A DNA stretch of 64,000 nucleotides from an uncultured Elusimicrobia bacterium (GTDB lineage: Bacteria > Elusimicrobiota > Elusimicrobia > 2-01-FULL-59-12). A program made the translations under genes and the position numbers. Below, one piece after another: positions 56,458 through 64,000 of the stretch (within the stretch, counting starts at the first letter, position 1; each line of letters starts with the position of its first letter). Below the pieces are notes generated by a model. That model made no database searches and was not told where the DNA came from. It saw only the letters and a program-made list of their open reading frames with translations. The stretch covers positions 2,624,001 through 2,688,000 of the forward strand of contig OY969767.1 in assembly GCA_963702895.1 (NCBI GenBank), written 5' to 3'.

Positions 56458-57444
56458 TTACCATCGGAACCCCAGCGAAAACGAAGGCCCCCCCAGCCAG
56501 CGCCAACCCATCGAGGGAACCGATACAGGAGTCCCAAACACATCCCCGGAGTATCCGGGCTGCGTGAAGCCTAAGACGTTATACCCTACGGAAAGGGTAA
56601 ATCCACGCGGCCAACCCAGCGTCAGCCCGGCTTCCCCCGTTAGACCCGGTTCCCATTTTGTCTCGGAACCAGGATCCCCCTCATAATGAAACCGGTAAGC
56701 GGCGGGGCCCACTTTCGCATAGGGGGTGATACCGTACCGGAAACGTTTTTCCAACCGAACCATGGGGGCGATATAGCCGAGGCTTCGGGTTAGGGTGTAG
56801 AAGGTCCAGTAAGAATATGAATCTTCTGCAACAAGATAGCCGGATGGTTCGACATCCACATCGTCACGGAAAAGCCGGCGTCCTTCCACCCCAACGGCCA
56901 CATTCTGTGTCAGGTAGTAGACGAGAGAATGCGGCAACGTTATGCCCCCTCCTTCCACATAAGGGAAAAAGGATTCCTTGTTGTCCAGCGTTCGGTAAAG
57001 GGAAAGATTAAGCCACTCAAAAGCCCAGCGTGTCGGGGGCACCTGGTAAACAACACGCGGAGTGGACGTCTGCACTGCCGCCGTTTTGGCGCTTTCCGCC
57101 TCTAAGGTCTGCAGGTTTCCTTTGGCTTCGAGGTAGGCCGAACGCTGATCCGCGAAATCCTGCACCACACGCGTCCAGGCTGTTTTGGCTTGCTCGGTTT
57201 TCCCTAGCACTTCATAACAGATCCCAAGCCGGAGGTAGGTATTGCTCTGCACGCTTCGACTGGCGTCCGGCTGCTCCAACACTTGTTGGTAGAGCGCGAT
57301 CGCCTTATCCAGATCGCGGGCGGTGGTTTCTTGCATAACGGCTTCCTTGTAAAGCGTCTCAGCGCCGGGCGGCGTCTCGGCGGCGGCCGTCACGCCCGCT
57401 AGCGACAGAGCTAACAACATCGAAATGATGCCATGCCTGGTCAT
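56458..57444 (-). CDS. TPR plus outer-membrane beta-barrel protein
   Basis: Signal peptide, TPR pair (AIALYQQVL, YLRLGICYEVLG), barrel strands PYAKVG, SLGFRW; AGGAGG RBS. Confidence 0.7.
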   Translation of the reverse strand: MTRHGIISMLLALSLAGVTAAAETPPGAETLYKEAVMQETTARDLDKAIALYQQVLEQPDASRSVQSNTYLRLGICYEVLGKTEQAKTAWTRVVQDFADQRSAYLEAKGNLQTLEAESAKTAAVQTSTPRVVYQVPPTRWAFEWLNLSLYRTLDNKESFFPYVEGGGITLPHSLVYYLTQNVAVGVEGRRLFRDDVDVEPSGYLVAEDSYSYWTFYTLTRSLGYIAPMVRLEKRFRYGITPYAKVGPAAYRFHYEGDPGSETKWEPGLTGEAGLTLGWPRGFTLSVGYNVLGFTQPGYSGDVFGTPVSVPSMGWRWLGGPSFSLGFRW

Positions 57445-57563
57445 AAAGGGCCTCCTGGAACGAAGTGACGGCTGTCAGACACCAGGAGTTTAGCGGGATC
57501 CGCATGCGAGTGTGTCATCGGGATGAAAAAAGATGACATCGACTTGTCAAAATTTGTGAACGA

Positions 57564-58244
57564 TTATTCCACGTACCGGTAGCCCCCGTTGTGAACCGTC
57601 ATGATTTTCGGCCCTCGCCCGTCATCGGACCAACCCAACTTGCGGCGCAAGGACCCGATTTGAGTGTCGACGGTTCGTGTGGTCGGAAGTTCCTCCACCT
57701 TCCAAACTTCCTTCAAAAAGCGCTCCCGGCTCACCACCTCGCCCTTATGTTCGATCAGGAACTGCAGGATTTGGAATTCCTTGGAGGTCAGATCGATCCG
57801 CGCTTTGCCGCGAAAGGCTTCTTGGCGATTGAAATCGATCACCCACGGCGCGATCTCGTAACGGGACAACGTCTCGGAGTGACCTGTTCGCCTGAGCAGC
57901 GCTTTGATTCGCGCGAGTAATTCGAGGATGCTAAAGGGTTTGGTGAGGTAATCATCCGCGCCGACGTTCAGTCCCACCACTTTATCGGTATCCTGGGACT
58001 TGGCCGTGAGCATGAGGATCGGCGCCTTGTTCCCCTGAGCACGTAGCTCCCGGCACAGCTCATAACCATTCATTTTTGGAAGCATCACATCCAAGATCAA
58101 AAGGTCATAGAGACCTTGGGAGGCTTTCTCAAGGCCCACCTCGCCATCGTGAGCAACGTCGATGTCATAACCCTCCAATTTCAGATTATTGACCAAGAGT
58201 GTGCACATCTTCAGGTCATCTTCGACCACCAGCAGGCGTTTCAT
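57564..58244 (-). CDS. OmpR/PhoB-family response regulator
   Basis: VEDD, LDVMLP, GADDYLTKPF, TRTVDTQI..LRRKL. Confidence 0.94.
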   Translation of the reverse strand: MKRLLVVEDDLKMCTLLVNNLKLEGYDIDVAHDGEVGLEKASQGLYDLLILDVMLPKMNGYELCRELRAQGNKAPILMLTAKSQDTDKVVGLNVGADDYLTKPFSILELLARIKALLRRTGHSETLSRYEIAPWVIDFNRQEAFRGKARIDLTSKEFQILQFLIEHKGEVVSRERFLKEVWKVEELPTTRTVDTQIGSLRRKLGWSDDGRGPKIMTVHNGGYRYVE

Positions 58245-60346
58245 GGTATCTCCTTAAGTGGGAGCAGGACCGTAAAGACGCTCCCTTGAGCTTCGTGACG
58301 TCTGACCGACACCGTCCCCCCATGGGCTTCGACAATGTGGCGAACCATCGACAATCCCAAACCAACGCCTTGGGTATACTGATGGTCTGTCGCCGACTGG
58401 CCCCGAAAAAACCGCTCAAAAACAAGGCCCTTTTCCTCCTCGGGAATCCCGTATCCTTGGTCGGAAACCTCGAGCACACAGGCATCCTCGGTACGACGAA
58501 GGGAGATGTTGACGCGGGTGCGCTCGGGCGGCGAATACTTGATGGCATTGTCGACCAAATTCAGCACCACGCGCTCGAGCGCTTCGGGATCCACCCAGGC
58601 AGGAAAAGGCGCCTGGGCGCTTGAGAAGGTTGCTTCGACCTTGCGTGGGGCACTGCTGCGGATACAGCGGTCCAACGCCGTGCGAACTACCGCGTCTAGA
58701 TCGGTCGGCTTGGGATGGTAGGGTTTTCGGTTGTCCATGAGCCGCGAGAAATCCAGCACCTCGTCAATCAACCCTTTGAGCCGGGTCGTCTCCTCCGAGA
58801 GCATGCCATAGTAATTGTCCGCTTCCTCTGAGGATTGATAGCGCTTGAGCTGCAAGGTTTGGCCCACGAGCGAAATAATCGAGAGCGGTGTTTTGAGCTC
58901 ATGCGAGATGTTGGCCACAAAACCCGCCTTCAATTGGGCGACTTCCATTTCACGCCTCACGGCATACCAGACGGTGTAGAGCGCCACGACGATCACACTG
59001 GCTGCCAGCGCGACCATGGCCATGTAGATGCGCTGGCGTTGCGCTGCCGCGCGTTCCACCGGAAAATCGCGGACCTCCGAAAATTGAAGCATCAACCTCG
59101 GCAAGACGCCGTCCAGCGGTCGTTCCCAGACCCAACGCCCGGGAGCCTTTGGCGATGATTGGATCAGCGAGCGGCCCTTTTCGTTTTGAACTCGAAAATT
59201 GAGTTGTGAGGCGGACGCCAGCGGCTGCAGCGCGCGTTGCCACAAGGCCAGGAGTGAGTCCTGGGGGGCCAGCGCCACTAAGCTGAATCGCCTTTGCGCC
59301 GTCCCGGTGTCGATCAGCGGACTGTAAATCAAAAGCCGGTTGTTTTCGGTGGGGCAAAGAAGTGTCGGTTGATTGAGCCGATGCATCGATGCCAGCTGAG
59401 ACCGCCAGCCGGTCCACAGCTGTCGCGTAAAATCCCGGACTTTCTCAACCTCCGTTCGGCGCCGGCGCCAATCCTCGAGCACTTGTTCAGCCAGGCGCTT
59501 TGGATGGCCAGAGAGCACAGCCGCTCGGGTTTCGAGCCGTGCGGCAAGACGGTCTCCATAGAATTGCTCGGTTTGCCAGGGCAACACCCATCGTGGGGTG
59601 AGTAACGCTTGGAGGGTCTGTTGCTCAAGAGCCGCAGCCGCGGCCTCTCGGCGGGCGTTTTGGAGTGATTCGCTCAGCTGCCAGGCGATCGCCAGCCCGA
59701 AAGGATCGCCATTTTCGTTAAGTTCCTGGCCATAGTCAGCGATGATCTGACGGTAGATCGTCTGGGCGTGGTCTTCTTGATGCGCTTTGGATAAACAGCC
59801 TGCGATACGGGTGAGAAGCGTCGCTTTCCAGCGTGGGTCTTTGATCGATGCCGCCAGTGCTTGGTAACCCGCAAGCGCCTCTGGATAAGCCTTTCGTTGA
59901 AATTCCTCCGTCTGGGCCGCGCGCAGCTGCGCCAGGATGGGATCGGCGAGGTCCGGGAGCGCCGCATCCCTGACGGGCGGAAGATCGGTCATGGGGTAGC
60001 GAACCCGTTCCTGAGAATCAAGAAGGATGAGACGTTCGGCGTTTTGTTGGCGCTGCAAATCTCTCAAGAGAGAAAAATCGCTGGGCCCGAGCTCGCCGAC
60101 GAACCGGGAGCGCTGTTGCATAAAATCGGCGTAAGGTTTTAAAACAGCCCGAATGGCCTCCTCCATATGCGATTGCATGGCACCAGATGCTTCCTGCATT
60201 CGTTCTTCCGCCTGCTTTCGCAGAAGAATGGTTTCCGCTCGAACGGAATGAATTCCCAAGTAGACGAGAAAGCCGGTCGGCACAATGATGCCGACCAGAA
60301 ACAGAAGGACGACCTTGGCTAAAGGGGTTCGCCAAATTTTCATCAC
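58241..60346 (-). CDS. Sensor histidine kinase with large TPR-like periplasmic domain
   Basis: 2 TM, TPR-like helices, SHELKTPL, NAIKYS, DQGYGI, GVGLGL. Confidence 0.9.
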   Translation of the reverse strand: MMKIWRTPLAKVVLLFLVGIIVPTGFLVYLGIHSVRAETILLRKQAEERMQEASGAMQSHMEEAIRAVLKPYADFMQQRSRFVGELGPSDFSLLRDLQRQQNAERLILLDSQERVRYPMTDLPPVRDAALPDLADPILAQLRAAQTEEFQRKAYPEALAGYQALAASIKDPRWKATLLTRIAGCLSKAHQEDHAQTIYRQIIADYGQELNENGDPFGLAIAWQLSESLQNARREAAAAALEQQTLQALLTPRWVLPWQTEQFYGDRLAARLETRAAVLSGHPKRLAEQVLEDWRRRRTEVEKVRDFTRQLWTGWRSQLASMHRLNQPTLLCPTENNRLLIYSPLIDTGTAQRRFSLVALAPQDSLLALWQRALQPLASASQLNFRVQNEKGRSLIQSSPKAPGRWVWERPLDGVLPRLMLQFSEVRDFPVERAAAQRQRIYMAMVALAASVIVVALYTVWYAVRREMEVAQLKAGFVANISHELKTPLSIISLVGQTLQLKRYQSSEEADNYYGMLSEETTRLKGLIDEVLDFSRLMDNRKPYHPKPTDLDAVVRTALDRCIRSSAPRKVEATFSSAQAPFPAWVDPEALERVVLNLVDNAIKYSPPERTRVNISLRRTEDACVLEVSDQGYGIPEEEKGLVFERFFRGQSATDHQYTQGVGLGLSMVRHIVEAHGGTVSVRRHEAQGSVFTVLLPLKEIP

Positions 60347-60438
60347 GAGCGTTTCTTCACTTTCCTGGACTTCCTGGAAACATTCTTAACAAACCGACAA
60401 CGTTATCTCACACTGAATCCGAGCAAGCCAAAAAGGCG

Positions 60439-63400
60439 CTACTTGGCCCAGCGTCGCTTGAGCCAGACGGTGGCGTCGTCAAAGAGCGAGTAGGCCACCG
60501 GCGTGATGAGGAGCGTGATCAAGAGACAGAGCGTCTGCCCGCCGACGATCACGACCGCCATCGTCGCGCGGCTGGAGGCCCCGGGACCTTTGCCGAAGGC
60601 GACCGGGAGCATCGCGGCGACGAGGACCAAGGTCGTCATCAGGATCGGGCGAAGCCGTGTTTCGTTCGCTTCAACAATCGCGGCATCCCGCGCCATGCCC
60701 TTGGCGCGCAGGGTGTTCGTGTAATCCACCTGCAGGATGGCGTTTTTCTTCACGATCCCGAAGAGCATGAAGAGCCCCATGATCGAATAGATCGTCAGGA
60801 ACTGCCCCAGCACGAGGAGCGACAAGAGCGCAAACGGGATCGACAGCGGCAAGGACAAAAGAATCGTGATGGGATGCAGCAAGCTCTCAAACTGCGAGGC
60901 CAGAATCATATACATAAAGATGAGCGACAGCACAAAAGCGATCAAAAATCCCGTAATCATCCGGCCGAATTCCTTTCCTTTGCCCACCAGGCTCGTTTGA
61001 TAGTCCACCGGCATGCGCAAAGACTTGGCCGCCGCGTCGGCTTTGTCGATCGCGTCGCCCAGGCCAACGCCCTCCAGGCTCCCGGTGATCGTCACCTGCC
61101 GCTGGCGGTTCAAGCGATTGATCTGGGAGGGCCCTTTCGTTTCCACGAGGGTCGCCACATTGTCGAGGCGCACAAGCCCCGCCTTGGAAGAGGGCAGGTA
61201 GAGCGCGGCGATCGTCTCTGGCCGGTTGCGGTAGTTCGCGTCCACACGCAGGCGGACCTGGTAGAGATCGTCTCCTTCCTTATATTTGGTGATGTCCTCC
61301 TCGCCGCCCACCATGGTGCGAAGGGCCGTGCCGATATCCTCCACTTTCACGCCCAGATCCTGGGCCCGGTCGCGGTTGATATGGACCTGCAGCTCCGGTT
61401 TGGCGTAGGTGAGCGTCGTGTCCAAATCCACGATGCCGGGGGTTTTCTTCAGAGTTCCAATGATCGCGCTCGTATATTTCTGAAGCTGCTCAAGATCGGG
61501 ACCTGACACCACGTAGACAAAATCGGACGCGCCGACAGCCGATCCGCCGCCGATGTCATTGACCTCGGTGACGCTTGTTCGCAGGCCGGAGTATTTGCCC
61601 AGGGCTTGGCGCGCCATGGCCATCACGTCAAACTGGTTCTCGGATCTCTCTTTCTGCGGAGTGAGCCGGACATAGATTTTGCCGTCATTAACATTCATGC
61701 CGTCGCCTTCACCGATCGTGGTCAAAAGACTTCGCACGTGTGGCAAGCGCCGGAGTTCCCGTTCGAGCTGTTTCATGATCTCATCGGTCGCCTGAAGAGA
61801 GGTGCCTTCGGGGGCCTTGATGTTCACATCGAACTCGCCCTGATCATCCGGCGGGAGAAAGTCCTTCCCAACGACCATGATCAAGGGGATGGTGGAGACC
61901 ACGATGACGGCAGCGACGGCGACGACTGTTTTACGATGGGCGAGAGCCCAGACGACGAGCCGGCCGTAGCGCGTTCGCAGGAAGTCATTGAGCCGGTCCA
62001 CCCAGACCGCCAGCTTCCCTTTCGGTCCGTGCGAGATGCGCAAGAAACGCGAACAGAGCATCGGCGTAAGCGAGAAGGCGATAAAGAGACTGACCATGAT
62101 GGCAAAGGCCACGGTCAGGCCATAGCTCTTCATAAATCGGCCGACGATGCCGCCCATGTAGGCGAGCGGCAGGAAAATAATGACCAGCGACAAGGTCGTC
62201 GCCATGACCGCCAGCCCAATTTCCTGGGTCCCGGAGGAGGCCGCTTGCATGGCCGGGACCTTGTCTTCTTCCATGTGCCGGAAAATGTTTTCCAAAACAA
62301 CAATGGCGTCATCAATGACGACGCCGACCGCCAGGGCGAGCGCAAGAAGCGTCATGATGTTGAGCGTAAAGTGGGCGATGTCCATCAGGATAAAGGTGGC
62401 GATGATGGACGTCGGGATCGAAATGGAGGCAATGAGCGTGCTCCGCAGATCCCCCATAAACATGAGGACGGCGAGGCTTGCGAGTATGGCTCCCAGAATC
62501 AGGTGCTCCTGGACCGTGCTCACCGAGGAGACGATAAAGTCGGACTGGTCGCGCACGACCTCGGCCTTGACGCCCGGCGGGAGCTGTGTTTGGAGTCCCA
62601 CGAGTGCTTCTTTTACGGTGCGGATGACTTCGACCGTGTTCGTGCCGGACTGCTTCTGGACCGTCAAGCTCACGGTGGCATTGCCGTCCAGGCGCGCGAG
62701 CGTCCGGGGCTCCTGGAAGGTGTCTTCGACCCGCCCGACATCCCGCACGCGCACCGGGACCCCGCTCACATTGGTGATGATGACGCTCTCAAATTCTTTG
62801 GGATCCGTGAGCCGGCCGAGAGTGCGCAGCACGAGCTCCCGCCGCGCTTGGTCGACACGACCGCCCGGGATCTCGACGTTCTGCTGCTCGAGCGCCTCTT
62901 TGACCTGGTTGATCGTCAGGCGGTAGGCGGCCAGCTTCAGGGGATTGATGATGACGTGGATCTCACGTTCCCGGCCCCCGACAAGGCGGACCCTGCCGAC
63001 CCCTTTGAGCGTTTCGAGCGGTTCCTTCACCTTCTTTTTGGCGATCTCGGTGATTTCGCGCAAGGGGAGCGTCCCGCGCACGGCGACGGAAACCACCGGG
63101 ATCGATCCGGGGTCCAGCTTCTGGATGACCGGGGGATCGGTCCCCTGCGGGAGCTCGCGCAGGATCCGGCTGACATTGTCGCGGACTTCCTGGGCCGCCA
63201 CGTCCGGATCCTTGTCGATATCAAAGCTGATCACCACCTGGCTTAAGCCCTCGAAGCTCGTGGAGTTCAAGTCCTCAATACCCGCGATCGTGTTGACGGC
63301 CTCTTCGATGGGTTTGGTGATCGAGGTCTCGATTTCCTCGACCCCGGCCCCTTTCAAGGTCGTGTTGATGACGACAAAGGGGAAGTCGACATTCGGGAAA

Positions 63401-63507
63401 AGGTCAACGCCCAAGCGGTGATAGGAAAAGAGGCCAAGAACCACGAGCGCCATCACCATCATGAGGGCAAAGACCGGCCGCTTGATTGAGACGTCGGCGA
63501 GCTTCAT
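60439..63507 (-). CDS. RND efflux permease (HAE1-like)
   Basis: SIKRPV, GVVIDDAIVVLENI, KKNAILQVDY, RLRPILMTT. Confidence 0.94.
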   Translation of the reverse strand: MKLADVSIKRPVFALMMVMALVVLGLFSYHRLGVDLFPNVDFPFVVINTTLKGAGVEEIETSITKPIEEAVNTIAGIEDLNSTSFEGLSQVVISFDIDKDPDVAAQEVRDNVSRILRELPQGTDPPVIQKLDPGSIPVVSVAVRGTLPLREITEIAKKKVKEPLETLKGVGRVRLVGGREREIHVIINPLKLAAYRLTINQVKEALEQQNVEIPGGRVDQARRELVLRTLGRLTDPKEFESVIITNVSGVPVRVRDVGRVEDTFQEPRTLARLDGNATVSLTVQKQSGTNTVEVIRTVKEALVGLQTQLPPGVKAEVVRDQSDFIVSSVSTVQEHLILGAILASLAVLMFMGDLRSTLIASISIPTSIIATFILMDIAHFTLNIMTLLALALAVGVVIDDAIVVLENIFRHMEEDKVPAMQAASSGTQEIGLAVMATTLSLVIIFLPLAYMGGIVGRFMKSYGLTVAFAIMVSLFIAFSLTPMLCSRFLRISHGPKGKLAVWVDRLNDFLRTRYGRLVVWALAHRKTVVAVAAVIVVSTIPLIMVVGKDFLPPDDQGEFDVNIKAPEGTSLQATDEIMKQLERELRRLPHVRSLLTTIGEGDGMNVNDGKIYVRLTPQKERSENQFDVMAMARQALGKYSGLRTSVTEVNDIGGGSAVGASDFVYVVSGPDLEQLQKYTSAIIGTLKKTPGIVDLDTTLTYAKPELQVHINRDRAQDLGVKVEDIGTALRTMVGGEEDITKYKEGDDLYQVRLRVDANYRNRPETIAALYLPSSKAGLVRLDNVATLVETKGPSQINRLNRQRQVTITGSLEGVGLGDAIDKADAAAKSLRMPVDYQTSLVGKGKEFGRMITGFLIAFVLSLIFMYMILASQFESLLHPITILLSLPLSIPFALLSLLVLGQFLTIYSIMGLFMLFGIVKKNAILQVDYTNTLRAKGMARDAAIVEANETRLRPILMTTLVLVAAMLPVAFGKGPGASSRATMAVVIVGGQTLCLLITLLITPVAYSLFDDATVWLKRRWAK

Positions 63508-64000
63508 GGGGTGACTTCCACGGGGCTTTCGTCCTGGATCCCGAAGAGGGTGGAGGTGATCACGGAAGCGCCTGCCGAGAGGCCGGAGGTGATTTCAGCC
63601 CACGATTCAGTCCGGAGCCCGACCGTGACGGCTTTCTTGAGGGCCTTATTGTTTTCGACGACAAAGACCGATGGCGGCGTCTCCTCGGTGAAGGCCGAAA
63701 CCGGCACGATGAGAACTTGGCTTTTGCGGTCTTGGACAAGGATGAGTTTCGCAAACATCCCGGAACGCAGCTTCCCCGCATGTTCCGCGAGGCGCACTTC
63801 GATGGGCGCCGTGCGCGTCATGGGATCGACCGCCGGGCTCACCCGGGAGACTTTCCCGCGGAAACTTTCGTCAGGATAGGCGTCCACCTGAACCCGCACG
63901 TCCTGTCCGAGCGTGACGCGCCCGGCGTAGCGCTCCGGAACATCCGCCTTGGCGATGAGCTCCCGGTCATCCATGACGAGCGCGATTGGGGTGTCCAAGG
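63504..64000 (-). CDS. RND periplasmic adaptor (MFP), 5'-partial
   Basis: VPE, GKVSRVSPAVDP.TRT, LRSGMF, VTVGLR...EITSGL. Confidence 0.9.
   Translation of the reverse strand, partial: LDTPIALVMDDRELIAKADVPERYAGRVTLGQDVRVQVDAYPDESFRGKVSRVSPAVDPMTRTAPIEVRLAEHAGKLRSGMFAKLILVQDRKSQVLIVPVSAFTEETPPSVFVVENNKALKKAVTVGLRTESWAEITSGLSAGASVITSTLFGIQDESPVEVTP

Overview
A gene-dense, GC-rich bacterial window. The PorV/PorQ-like barrel and the FlgD-Ig/T9SS-type C-terminal domain suggest an Elusimicrobiota-like diderm (inference). From left to right it holds: (1) a tightly overlapping minus-strand operon of PorV-like barrel+TPR (frameshifted), Ig/CTD secreted protein, TPR protein, HAMP histidine kinase, a receiver-ECF sigma fusion and mtgA; (2) an intact IS256-family element with 9-bp target duplications, just upstream of tRNA-Glu(CUC), which is preceded by two T-arm-less tRNA-Glu copies carrying small CG-flanked palindromes; (3) a surface-glycan block (RffA, WbqC, GT2s, three GT-C-like membrane proteins) plus rmuC, amidase, pgi and pckG; (4) a redox island with a P1B-5-like ATPase, a Crp/Fnr regulator, a 7-heme NapC/NirT-like protein, ResB, an MtrA/MtrB porin-cytochrome conduit, a monoheme cytochrome and an 11-heme CbcL-like protein, with a shared TATGA-N6-TCATA box that also precedes usp-rtcB-archease; (5) two RND systems, a PIN toxin-antitoxin pair, and a 4-kb TPR/two-component cassette bounded by a 64-bp duplication of the RND gene 3' end. 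Family calls come from motif recognition only; no searches were run.
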